This document shows, in pieces, positions 10,850 through 22,057 of a stretch of DNA of 43,847 nt. Source of the DNA: Octopus bimaculoides (Eukaryota); assembly GCF_001194135.2 (NCBI RefSeq), contig NC_068985.1, positions 41,457,823-41,501,669 of the forward strand, read 5' to 3'. The notes below the pieces were generated by a model. The model had not been told where the DNA came from and made no database searches. It saw only the letters and a list, made by a program, of their open reading frames with translations. The position numbers were made by a program, and so were the translations under genes. The stretch's first letter is position 1; every line of letters starts with the position of its first letter.

Positions 10850-11427
10850 GGGATCTTTTTTAAAACGGGGGCCACATTTTTCATTAACGAAACACTTTGA
10901 AACTTGGAACACTGGTAGAATGTGTCATATAAAACATCTTTTTCTCTTAGTCTTCTTAAAAAAAAAAAAGAAATCCAGAAGTTATTCCATGTTAAAGTTG
11001 TCGTATTTCTGTAATTTCAACCAATCACTGACGTCCATTCAGCCGATATACATTAAGTGCCGACTACATAAACAAACGATTCTGAAACAATTAACCCTAA
11101 CCCTAACCCTAACCATAGGGTTAGGGTTAGGGTTAGGGTTAGGGTTAAAGCAAATTTAAAATGAAAAAAGCAAATAAAACGAAGGTATGGAGATTAAATA
11201 CGCTTTACACCAAAGGAGTAAATGTAAACAACTGAATACTTGTCAGTGATTGGTTGAAATTATCGAAATAACACAATTTTTTACATGAAATAAATTCGAA
11301 TACAAAAATATTTTTCTGTTCTATAACACAAAATAGATAAGTATACGAAGTTTGAAAGTCTTTCGGTACTAAAAACACTACGTAAAACATTAATGAAAAA
11401 TGTGGCCCCCGTTTTAAAATAGATCCC
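10850..11427. mobile_element. 578-bp MITE, ~40-bp TIRs (GGGATCT.TTTTAAAACGGGGGCCACATTTTTCATTAA), 6-bp TSD AGTTAA
   Basis: TIRs nearly identical; internal inverted blocks (10997-11045 vs 11229-11277); TSD deduced from the interrupted SINE. Confidence 0.9.
11091..11148. repeat. Inverted telomere-type repeats (CCCTAA)n..(TTAGGG)n forming a hairpin
   Basis: TTAACCCTAACCCTAACCCTAACC-ATA-GGGTTAGGGTTAGGGTTAGGGTTAGGGTTAA. Confidence 0.97.
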
Positions 11428-11520
11428 AGTTAAGTACTGGAGTCGATCTAATCCACTTTGCCCCTTCCCCGAAATTGTTGACCTTGTGCCAAAAATTGAA
11501 ATCATTATTCACCTGGCTAA

Positions 11521-11956
11521 GGCGGCGAGCTGGCAGAATCGTTAGCACACCGGACAAAATGCTTACTGGCATTTCGTACCTTTTTATGTTCTGAGTTCAA
11601 ATTCGGCCAAGCTCGACTTTGCCTTTCATCGTTTCGGAGTCGATAAAATATACGCACCAGTTGAGCACTGGGATCGATGTAATCGACTAGTTCAATCCCT
11701 CAATATTTCATGCCTTGTAAGGCGGCAAGCTAGCAGAAACGTTAGCTTGGGCGAAATACTTAGCGGTATTTCGTCTGCCGTTACGTTCTGAGTTCAAATT
11801 CCGCCGAGGTCGACTTTGCCTTTCATCCTTTCGGGGTCGATAAATTAAGGACCAGTTACGCACTGGGGTCGATGTAATCGACTAGTTCAATCCCTCAATA
11901 TTTCATGCCTTGTAAGGCGGCAAGCTAGCAGAAACGTTAGCTTGGGCGAAATACTT
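11521..11956 (+). mobile_element. Head-to-tail array of family A SINEs
   Basis: GGCGGC heads at 11521, 11721 and 11916 (periods 200 and 195); the third copy runs into a gap. Confidence 0.9.
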
Positions 11957-12419
11957 NNNNNNNNNNNNNNNNNNNNNNNNNNNNNNNNNNNNNNNNNNNN
12001 NNNNNNNNNNNNNNNNNNNNNNNNNNNNNNNNNNNNNNNNNNNNNNNNNNNNNNNNNNNNNNNNNNNNNNNNNNNNNNNNNNNNNNNNNNNNNNNNNNNN
12101 NNNNNNNNNNNNNNNNNNNNNNNNNNNNNNNNNNNNNNNNNNNNNNNNNNNNNNNNNNNNNNNNNNNNNNNNNNNNNNNNNNNNNNNNNNNNNNNNNNNN
12201 NNNNNNNNNNNNNNNNNNNNNNNNNNNNNNNNNNNNNNNNNNNNNNNNNNNNNNNNNNNNNNNNNNNNNNNNNNNNNNNNNNNNNNNNNNNNNNNNNNNN
12301 NNNNNNNNNNNNNNNNNNNNNNNNNNNNNNNNNNNNNNNNNNNNNNNNNNNNNNNNNNNNNNGTTCAAGTGTCGTCCAAGTCAACTTTGTTTTCCATCCA
12401 TTCGTGGTCGATCAAACAA

Positions 12420-12653
12420 ATAACATTATTTACATTCAACGGATATTTGTCCTCATCTTGTTTGCTGTTAACACAACGTTTCGGCTGATATACCCTTCAG
12501 GTGTCTTGGGGAAATTTCGAACTTGGGTTCTCATTCCTAAGGGTTTTTTTCGATGTTATTATTATTATTATTAGTGTTGAGGTCACTGCTTGGAATCGAA
12601 CTCCGAATCTTGGGGTTAGTAGCCCGCGCTCTTAACCACTACGCCATATGCCC
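12420..12653 (-). mobile_element. tRNA-headed SINE, family D, with hammerhead remnant in its 3' part
   Basis: Head GGGCATATGGCGTAGTGGTTAAGAGCGCGGGCTACTAACCCCAAGATTCGGAGTTCGATTCC (A and B boxes), then (TAA)n and GACAC-CTGAAGG..CAGCC-GAAAC-GTT-GTGTT. Confidence 0.75.
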
Positions 12654-12814
12654 ATGTAAATAATGTACAGAATTCCTCATCTCTTAAATATAGAACTGAA
12701 ATAAATACCAGTTCAGCACTGGAGTCGATATAATTGATTAACTCCCTCCCTATAAAATTCCAAGCATTGTGCCTATAATAGAAAGAATTATTAGCCAGGA
12801 TGTTGCAAGGTTAT

Positions 12815-13075
12815 GATGGTGGTAGTGGGGATGGTGGTAGTAATGATGGTGATAGTTCAGTGGCTATGCTGATGTTGGTAGTAGTATTGGTGCTTGTGCT
12901 GGTAGTACTGATGATAGTAGCAGGTATGGTTGTGATAATGTTGGTATTGACGGCAGCAGTATCGATGAAAATGTTGTCGGCGGTGTTGGTGTTGGTGGTG
13001 ATGGTGATAGTTGCAGAGACGGTACGAGTATTAATGGTAGTGGCAATGATGGTGGTGGTGATAGGGGTGGATAGG
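12815..13075. repeat. Cryptic (GGT/GAT/GTT)n low-complexity tract
   Basis: Direct reading; explains the Val/Met- and Thr-rich ORFs. Confidence 0.85.
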
Positions 13076-13385
13076 TTTAGTTCCATGTCAAGTCTGGTCG
13101 GACAAACGCAAAAGCATGAATCAAAGACATTCCAAACTTGGCCATCCTGTCCTTTTGTATGTCTCCATAATCGAAATTATCCTGCCTTATTATAAGACGA
13201 TTGTGAATCATTTGAGTGCATCTGGCTGCTCTACCGAGCAGGTCCAACAACTGTGAAAGTGTTCCCTCGTTCGCAAAATTAATTCAGTTTACAAAAAGGA
13301 CGGGATGGTCACAGCTGGAACGACTTTGATACAAGTCAGCGAAAAAAAGCTGACTTGAAATTGAAGACCAACAACGTAATATACA

Positions 13386-13423
<38 letters not shown>

Positions 13424-13590
13424 CTCACACATATGTGTGTGTGTGTAAGTGCGTGCATGTGAGGTGTCTGTGTGCATATACATACATGTATATGCATATC
13501 TGTACGCATGTATATATTTACCAATGTATATATATACTTATGTATATATTTATACACATACATACATGAATTTATGTGTATGTATGTATG

Positions 13591-13645
<55 letters not shown>

Positions 13646-14074
13646 CAATATAACAAATATTTCTGTGCGAATATGTGTATATATGTATTCATATAATGTA
13701 TATAAAAGGAATGAAAGGAAATGAAATAAAGAAGCAAAAAAAACCAAAAAAAATTAAATAAAGAAAGAAACATACAATAAAAATTAAATTTACCATTTCT
13801 CAATTCCAGTTGAAAGCATATATAAGATATCTTCCAGGCATGTCACGACATTTTCAGTGATCTTAGATGGAAACTGGTCGGCAGAGATAACCAATATTTT
13901 ATTGTTTATCTCTGCTGATATGCTGATTCTGAGAATAATCGCATTGGAAAATATACTATCTGCCATCACTAACTAGATACAGACATGTCCACACCTCATA
14001 TAGACACATACACATGCAAACGTAACATACACACACACAACGTAGACACACACACACACGCCTACATGACTATG

Positions 14075-14423
14075 TCGTTAAGAACCTCGTTTTAGCAAAT
14101 ACGTGGTTCCGGGTTCAGTCTTATTACTTAGTAAGTCGGTTAAGTGCCTTCTACTATGGTCCTGGGCAGACCAAAGCTATGTGAGTTATTTTAGTCGGTA
14201 TTTGAATATGTATGTGCCTGTACGTGCCTTTCTGTCTGTGATTGTCCCCCACTTGATAACCAGTGTTGGTTTGTTTACGTTCCCACTAAGCGATTTCGAC
14301 AAAAGAGACTGATAGAATAAAAACCGGATTTAAATATAAGTACTGTAGGCGATTTTTCAACTGATACCCTTGAAAGTAGCAAGGCAGTGCCCCAGCATGG
14401 TCTTAGTTCAATAACTGAAACAA

Positions 14424-14425
<2 letters not shown>
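14075..14425 (+). mobile_element. SINE family C, degenerate full-length copy
   Basis: GTGGTTCCGGGTTCAGTC head and GGCAGTGCCCCAGCATGG tail. Confidence 0.8.
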
Positions 14426-14457
<32 letters not shown>

Positions 14458-14503
14458 TTTATTTAAAAGCAGCAGAAATATAACAAAAACTATTACACGG
14501 AGG

Positions 14504-14707
14504 TTCTTTATTAATCGTTACGATCATTTCGACCTATCGTCCATCGGTCCCTCGCGAATGAGATAGTGTACAAATAGTTGTGGTGCATTGTTTGGTGCAG
14601 ATGTGCCTCGGTAGGTGACTTGTCAAAAGGTATAACTATTGGTGCAATGTTTCACCCGCGAAGGACCGATGCACGATGGGTCGAAATGATCGTAGATTAA
14701 TAAAGAA
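14504..14707. mobile_element. Foldback with ~78-bp arms and outward-facing CGAAA..GTA..AATAAA motif
   Basis: 14504-14581 vs 14632-14707 are imperfect reverse complements. Confidence 0.75.
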
Positions 14708-14769
14708 TCTCATGAATTCCGTTTTCTTTCTCTTTTTCTCATATATTATAAACTCTATGGACATATATA

Positions 14770-15958
14770 CAGGGTGCGATGAGAATATTGTCGCCATTTT
14801 ATATTTTTAATTTCGCGCTTGCGTAATGTTTGTTTTTATTTTGTCGACTACACAGTGTAGTAGGGTCAGTTGGGCACTATCTTTGAGAAAAACAGTACCT
14901 TGAAGCAATTCACTATGCCACAAATTTGGAAACAACATGCTGTACTGCTTGGCATCCGTGCCGGAAGCTCCAATACGAACAATTCAGAGTGTTTGGGTGT
15001 AAATCTGAGGACAGCGCAGAGGATTCGGAAAGAGTTTGGATGAGTCTAATGGTGATTTCGAAGGTACCGCAGCTTGGAAAACTCACTCTGATCGTTCTGA
15101 TTGACAACAATCCTTCCTAGTCAATCAGATCCATCGCCAGGAACATGGGAGTGTCTGAGATTCTTATCAGGCAGGTAGTGCATGGAGACATTCGGTATTC
15201 CTCATACAAGATGAGAAAGGGCGAATTTTTATCCTAAGCCATCAAGAACAAGAGGAAAGACGGCGCTATGAGGCTTTTGAACAAACTCGAGCATCCCCTC
15301 CAACCGAACATACTTTGCTTTTTCTCAGACGAGAAAAATTTCTGCCAAGATCAGATGGTTAACACACAGAACAACCGTTGGCCTGCCGTGTCCCCAAAAT
15401 ATGTACCAAGAGTGATAAAAATCAACCATCCAGTCAACGTCATTGTGTTTGGAGTGATCACTAGTTATGACAACGTTATGTCTCGATTGATCTTCCCACC
15501 CAGTCTCAAACTCAACACGGAGGCCTACATCAAGTGTCTGAAGGAGATAGTGCTGCCCAAGCAACAGAACTCTGCACCATGCCAAACAAGCAGGAGAATC
15601 CAGTCATGTTTGTCAGACAATTTCTGCGACCACATCACCCCTAACTCTCTAGACTGCAACCCCCTTGATTATTATATGTGGGGCACAGTTGAGCGAGAGG
15701 CCAACAAATTCTTTGTAGCACCAAAGATGAACTGAAGGCAAGGATTACAGCAGCATTCACCAACTTAAACAGGGAGATCATCCAGAAGAATTGTAGGAGG
15801 CCATGGTTGAAGGCAATGGCGATTTTATTGAATAAATTTACTCTTTAGTATTTCAGGATATTTTCATGTAATTTTGGTAAATATATCTGTTAAAATGAGA
15901 TGTCAGTGTTATTTTTATTTTCGCGTAATTTAGACGACAATTTATTCACCGCACCCTG
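14770..15958 (+). mobile_element. Tc1/mariner-superfamily transposon, probably DD37D (maT) type, 1189 bp
   Basis: TA TSD on both sides; ~26-bp TIRs starting CAGGGTGCG; internal transposase remnant. Confidence 0.92.
14915..15835 (+). pseudogene. Disrupted transposase (two HTH motifs plus DD-D catalytic domain)
   Basis: ECLGVNLRTAQRIRKE, SIRSIARNMGVSE, FFSDEKNF, QQNSAP, SLDCNPLDYYMWG, AMVEGNGDFIE*; stops, frameshifts and deletions. NPLDY is typical of DD37D; spacing cannot be counted. Confidence 0.88.
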
Positions 15959-15994
15959 TATATATATATATATATATATATGCAAGTATGTATG

Positions 15995-16110
15995 TATACA
16001 TCGGGTTCAGTCCCACTGCGTAGCACCTTGAGCAAGTGTCTCCTACTAAAGCCTCAGACCGACCAAAGCCTTGTGAATGGATTTGGTAGACGGAAACTGA
16101 AAGAAGAACG

Positions 16111-16159
<49 letters not shown>

Positions 16160-16345
16160 CTCCACCACGGATTGACAACAGATTTTGATGTATTTTGTCC
16201 CTCGAACATAGCAGCTCGGCAAAAGAGTCTGATAGAATAAGTACCAGGCTTTACAAAAATAAGTCCTGGGGTCTTCGACTAAAACCCCTCAAGGCGGTGC
16301 CCCAACATGATCGCAGTCATATGACTGAAACAAGCAAAAGATAGA
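15995..16345 (+). mobile_element. SINE family C copy (5' truncated)
   Basis: CGGGTTCAGTCCCACTGCG through GGCGGTGCCCCAACATG tail. Confidence 0.88.
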
Positions 16346-16689
16346 AACTATATATAGTTTGCCAACACTCACATCGTAACCGGTCCTGGTTTGTTTACAT
16401 CCTCAATACTTAGCTGTTTCTGCAAAACGGCCGAAACAATAAATACTAGACTTTTAAAAAATGAACACACGCTAAGATTCATTTGTATTTGTTCGACTAA
16501 ACCCTTGAAGGTGGTACTGCAGCATGGCCGCTGTACAATGACTGAAACAAGTTAAAATAGAATATATTGAATAATTGCAGTGTGGTAGAGTCATCATAGA
16601 ATACATAATAAACAAATTCACTACATTAACATTTGTTTTTCGTTTATAATAGTTTTATATAATATTTAGTCGTCAAAAAATTTCTTTGA

Positions 16690-16830
16690 CCTGGTCACAA
16701 TTATTAAGTAAACTTCTTAGCTTTAGTAGTTTCGGAGATAATCGGGTGGTCACTGAAGTAGCAAGTAAGCAAGCAAGCAAGCAAGCAAGCAAACAAACTG
16801 GGTAAAATATAGAGTCGTACTTAATTTGTT
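16690..16830 (-). mobile_element. Possible HINE-like fragment
   Basis: GTAGTTTCGGAGATAATCG followed by (GCAA)n/(CAAA)n resembles Helentron-associated non-autonomous elements; termini not seen. Confidence 0.3.
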
Positions 16831-17009
16831 ACTGGTTGGATAAGTAAGATAAGTTAGCATATGATAGTAATGGAGAGCAGAAAAACTTTACGCGAATGTA
16901 TATACCGGAAGCTATGTCGAATTACAAATCATTCAGACATATATTTTACTTTCAACTAATTGGTTGAGATTAGACATCAAAAGATTTCGAAAAACATTTT
17001 TCTATTTTG

Positions 17010-17042
<33 letters not shown>

Positions 17043-17499
17043 TCTGTTTATTCGTAGCTAACTCCTTGAAAATGGAGTTATTTTGTTAAGCAATGTTAGT
17101 TTCGTTAGAAATTAATCATCGTCACGACGACGACTACCACCACCACCTTCACCATCACCGTTGTTATAATTCCTGTTGCTTAGCCCGAAGTTAGCCCTGA
17201 TATACTAAGGTAGACCTCGGATAAAAAGCGTTCCATGCCGGTTTTTCGCACATCCTAAATTACATTATACAGGAGATTTGGCTGCTTAGCAAGCTAAATT
17301 GACCATTTACAGATTTATCTGGTTCGTTGTTGTCATTGGTTGGCAGGATAGTGAAAGAGTCGGACAAAATGTCTTGTGGTATTTCTTTACGTCCTAAGTT
17401 CAAATCTTACCGTGATAATTTTTGCCTTTCATTCCTCCTCCCGAAAATCTGATGCCTTGTGCCTTTATTAGAAATAATTATAATTACCATCGTCATTGC

Positions 17500-17502
17500 C
17501 AC

Positions 17503-17536
<34 letters not shown>

Positions 17537-17587
17537 ATTATTATTATTATTATTATTGTTGTTGTTGTTGTTGTTGTTGTCATTGTG

Positions 17588-17645
<58 letters not shown>
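17500..17645. repeat. Compound (ATT)n(GTT)n(TCTA)n microsatellite
   Basis: Direct reading. Confidence 0.95.
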
Positions 17646-17900
17646 GCCTTCGAAACGCGGAGTAGATGGAACAGGGACAACTGACGAAGGGTTATANNNN
17701 NNNNNNTGCATATCTCGTTTCTCTTTTTGTTTTTTTTTCTTTGTTCGAAAAAACGTTCGTTTTCTGTTTTCGTTTTTATGTTTTCGTTTCTCATTGTGTT
17801 TAACGTTTTTTTTATGTCCTGTACCCATATATATGCATGTATGTAAACATAGATGTAGGTGTGTACATATATGTATGGATATATGCATATATTTATATAT
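17644..17900 (+). mobile_element. Interspersed repeat with CTGACGAAGG motif and T-rich tail (also 22370-22560 + and 31395-31640 -)
   Basis: Shared GTCCTGTACCC.GATAT..ATCTAT..A.ATGTAGATGTA.GT.TGTAC block in three places. Confidence 0.7.
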
Positions 17901-18366
17901 CATTTATGTTATTATAAATATATATATATATATATGAGATTCTGTCTGTCTCTTTCTCCCACAAAGTGAAACTAAAACCAGACACCATCTCTCTGTGATC
18001 TTCTTTCTATATCTCCTCTATTCTTACTCCCCGCCTATATTCTGTCTCTATGCCGTGTTACTTTACAGAGATTCTGTCTATTTGTTTGTCCCGCAAAGTG
18101 AAGCTAAAGCCAGATAACATCTCTATGAGTTTCTTTCTCTATCTCTTTATTTTCCCTCTCTTTCTCGCTCTTTCGTTCTCTCTCTCTTCCTTTCTCCATT
18201 TCTCACTATCTTTCTTTCCCCCTTTCTCTCTTTGTCGCTCTTTCTTTCTCTCCCTCTCTCTTTCTCTCACTAAAAGAACATACACACACACACATCAAAC
18301 GTTACAGTCCTCCGTCAAAATACCGAAGCAAGGATAAAAGTACGCACACACACACACAGACACACA

Positions 18367-18448
<82 letters not shown>

Positions 18449-18484
18449 TATATATTCATGTTTCAGTTATTTAATACCGTGCGT

Positions 18485-18770
18485 ATCCCCTCTTTCTGTC
18501 TCTCTCTATGTCTCTCTTTCTGTCTATCTTCTGTCTGTCTCTCTCTGTATCACTATCTCTCTTTCTCTCTCTTTTTCTTTCTCTCTCTTTTTCTTTCTCT
18601 CTCTTTTTCTTTCTCTCTTTTTTCTTTCTCTCTCTCCTCCTTTCTCTCTCTTTTTCTTTCTCTCTCTCCTCCTTTCTCTCTCTTTCTTTCTCTTCCCCCC
18701 TTTCTCACTCTTTATCTCTTTTTCTTCCTTTCTCCCTTTCTTTCTCTCTATTTTCTCTCTCTCTCCTTTT
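18485..18770. repeat. Polypyrimidine (CT-rich) low-complexity tract
   Basis: Direct reading; explains the Ser/Leu/Phe and Arg/Glu/Lys ORFs. Confidence 0.95.
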
Positions 18771-19850
18771 ATGCGTTTGAACAATTAGCTGATAGGTGGG
18801 AACAAAAACCTCTGCATGTCAAATATGTGGTCCGTAGCAAACAAACTGATGTAGACCAGAAGCACACCCATCAGTGGCTACGGAGCTCAGGGCTAAAAGA
18901 CAGTGAATGAAGGTTTTATCTTGGCTGCCCAAGATCAGAACTTTCTGACCCGGAACTATCGAGCCAATGTGATGAAAAATGGTGTAGACCCAAAGTGTCG
19001 ATACTGCAACGATGGGATAGAAACAGTTGACCACCTAATCTCTGGATGTTAGGTTTTAGTACCTGTAGAGTACAAATAAAGACATGACAGAGTTGGCCAA
19101 TATCTACATTGGATAAATCAATTTTGTAAAATCAAAACTGCTGACAAATAGTGCAAACACCGCCCTGAGGCTGTAACTGAGGGAGAAAATGTAACTATTC
19201 TTTGGGACTTTCCAGTATATAGAGACCGGAATATCTACAGGTGCTACAACTTTACATCCAGAGATTAGGCGGTCCACTGTTTCTATCCCATCGTTGCAGT
19301 ATCGGCACATTGGGTCTACACAAGATATGGTTGTGAAAGTCCAAAACAATAAAGTCTGTTTATTGATTGACATAGCATGCCCTGTGGCCATAATATCTCG
19401 GCAAAAGAATTTGATAAGCTCGGAAAATATAAGATTTGCTAATCGAAATTGAAAAGATGTGACATCTCAAGACGGTTACAATACCAGTGGTTGTAGGAGC
19501 ACTTGGAATGATCTAAAAAGGAACTGAAAATTATTTAAGAATGATCCTTGTTTACCATCCATGCAGGAAGTGCAAAATATTGTCTTAACTGGTACGTCAC
19601 ACGTATTGAGAAGAGCATTGTCGCTGTGAATTTCCTTTCCTTTTTCCCCTTATTTGTTTATTTGTTTATTTTTTATTGTTTCCTTTTTCTCTTGGCCTTC
19701 CACTTTTTCTCTATCACATAAATTTGTAAATGTACAATCTGGTGTGTTTATTTTAATGGCCTACCAATGTATACAATACTTTTCTCTGTCCTAGGTGTCA
19801 GGAAGACACTCGGCAAGAAATGAAACAGAATTGAAAGATGTTAATGAAAA
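18770..19850 (+). mobile_element. R4/Dong-like non-LTR retrotransposon 3' fragment (CCHC knuckle, RLE, 3' UTR)
   Basis: WEQKPLH, EGFILAAQDQ, CRYCNDGIETVDHLISGC, RHDRVG, VTILWDFP, CLLIDIACP, TIPVVVGALG; ends at (TAG)n. Confidence 0.92.

Positions 19851-19895
<45 letters not shown>
19851..19895. repeat. (TAG)n microsatellite at the retrotransposon 3' end
   Basis: Direct reading. Confidence 0.97.
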
Positions 19896-20059
19896 AGTTG
19901 TTACGTATAACAATATTAATAATCATAAACTAGCGAAAGACTCTAAGTCCTGAAAATCAAAATAGTGAAGATAATTCGGAAAGCATAAGCGATAAACACA
20001 ACAATAATAATAATAGGCTAGCAAGTAAAGATATAGAAAGTGTTCCTAGAAGTTAAATA

Positions 20060-20477
20060 TGTGACTGCGCCAAGCAAAGGCGATGTCCGCTCGATTCTAA
20101 ATGCAAAACTAAAGCAATTATATAGATGTAAGGTTACATCAGATGGGCAGGTATATTATTATATAGGAACAACAAAAAATTATATAAATAGAAGAATTGC
20201 AAATCACGAAAAGACATTTAAGGATAGAAATAAGAAAAACAGCACGAGTTTAAGTAAACTAATTTGGTCAATTAAAGATAAAAATAAGGACTGTACACTA
20301 ACCTGGGAAATAATTAGCCTGTCAAAACCTTACAGTAGAGGGAGTAAAAGATGTAAATCATGTGTCGAAGAAAGCTACCAGATTATCACATTAAAACTTA
20401 AATTAATTAACCATAGGCGTGAAAGAGTAATGAGTTGTGTTCATCAAGCTAAACATATGTATAATAGGTACAAATAA
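20060..20477 (+). pseudogene. GIY-YIG endonuclease of a Penelope-like element
   Basis: CDC..RRCPLDSKCKTKAII, then a 2-bp slip into YRCKV..YYYIGTTKN..NHEKTF..TSLSKLIW..LTWEI..C..C.EES..LIN.R.E..SC.H, the PLE-type GIY-YIG pattern. Confidence 0.9.
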
Positions 20478-21127
20478 GTGCATAATAATTAATATTAAAT
20501 AAAACTTGAGTATAGGGTTAGTTAGAAATGTAAACTAAAGTTAATTTAATATAGCTGATAATAAATATCATTGAGCAAATATTGCTAACCAGTTAATTGG
20601 ATATCCGTAATCTTAAATTAGATTATATGAACAGTAATTGAGAAATACCTACTTATATTAATAATAATTATTAATAATAATAAAATATAAATAATAGTAA
20701 GAACAATAATTATAGGGGTGGATCATGGGCGTAGTATGAATAATAGCAATCAAATGAACTAGGGACGGCAACGCTACAAGTATCAATTACAGTAAAATGA
20801 TCTTAAGAACTCAAAAGTGATGAATAGTAATATGACCTAAATTTATGACCTGTAGGGTTAAAAGGTTAGTTGGAGCTATTTTTAGAACGATACCACTGAC
20901 GGCTGAATAAACAAATAAATAAAAACGCAAAAAATTTTTCGGTTGGAATTATTTTCCATTTCAAAGAAATCAAATTAGCGGTCAAAATGCCCATAGGAAG
21001 CCTTTAATGGATTGTAGCATCATAATGCCCTAAAAGATGGGGTAGATGCACCGTAATAATGGCGGAAACGTTACGTAGGCGAAAACAAGAACAACATAAA
21101 TGACTGTTTAATAAAAAATATATATAA

Positions 21128-21176
<49 letters not shown>

Positions 21177-21277
21177 NNNNNNNNNNNNNNNNNNNNNNNN
21201 NNNNNNNNNNNNNNNNNNNNNNNNNNNNNNNNNNNNNNNNNNNNNNNNNNNNNNNNNNNNNNNNNNNNNNNNNNNNN

Positions 21278-21311
<34 letters not shown>

Positions 21312-21689
21312 TGTCACCACCCACTCCATGACCAGTGCTGGTTTGTTAACGTCCTCATAACTTAGCAGTTTCGGCAACACGATCGAAAGAATAGGTACTA
21401 GACTTTTTAAAAAAATAAACACTTCCGTTTGTATTTAGTCGACTAATCCCTTCAAGATGGTGTTCAAGCATGACCGCAGTACAATGACTGAAACAAGTTA
21501 GACTAGAACAATAATTGCAGTGTGGCCGAGTCATCATAAAATACATATTGCACAAATCCACTACATTAACATTTGTTTTGAGCTTATATAGTTTTGTATA
21601 ATATCTCGTCGTGAAAAAATTTCTATTAGTTGTTTTACTATCGTGTCTTTTCTATTCTCGCACCATATATATAGACGTAGGGGAAGCTG

Positions 21690-22057
21690 CGTGATAAGAA
21701 ACTTTTTTTTCCCAACTACATGTTTCCGGGTTCAGTCCCACTGCGTGACACTTTGAGCAAGTATCCTCTGCTATAGCCTCGAGCTGACCAAAGCCCTATG
21801 AGTGGACTTGGTAGACGGAAACTGAAAGAAGCCCGTCGCATGTGTGTGTGTATGTATGTGTTTGTATGTATGTCTTTGTGTCTGCGTTTGTTTCCCATCA
21901 CTACTTGACTACCGGTGTTGATGTGTTTACGCCCCCGTAGTTTAGTGGTTCGGCAAAAGAGACCGATAGAATAAGTACTAGGCCTTATAAAAAAAGTTCC
22001 GGGGTCGATTTGTTTGACTAAAACCCATCAAGGCGGTTCTCCAGCATGGCCGCAGTC
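21690..22057 (+). mobile_element. SINE family C, near full-length copy
   Basis: Colinear with 4986-5377. Confidence 0.9.

Larger units (their letters stand above)
10708..11509 (+). mobile_element. SINE family A copy split by a MITE insertion
   Basis: SINE body stops at ACCAGTTAA (10849) and resumes after the duplicated AGTTAA as GTACTGGAGTCGAT (11434). Confidence 0.85.

Noticed and set aside
11091-11148. Telomere-fusion scar interpretation
   Set aside because: End-to-end fusions give (TTAGGG)n(CCCTAA)n; here the order is reversed and the tract sits in the middle of a TIR element.
12580-12653. Functional tRNA gene
   Set aside because: Acceptor and anticodon stems do not pair fully, and the head is joined to a SINE body.
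15005-15040. CUGAGGA..GAAA inside the transposase; similar lone cores at 7270, 28910 and 41952
   Set aside because: No helix I/III pairing or no GAAA; consistent with chance 7-mers.
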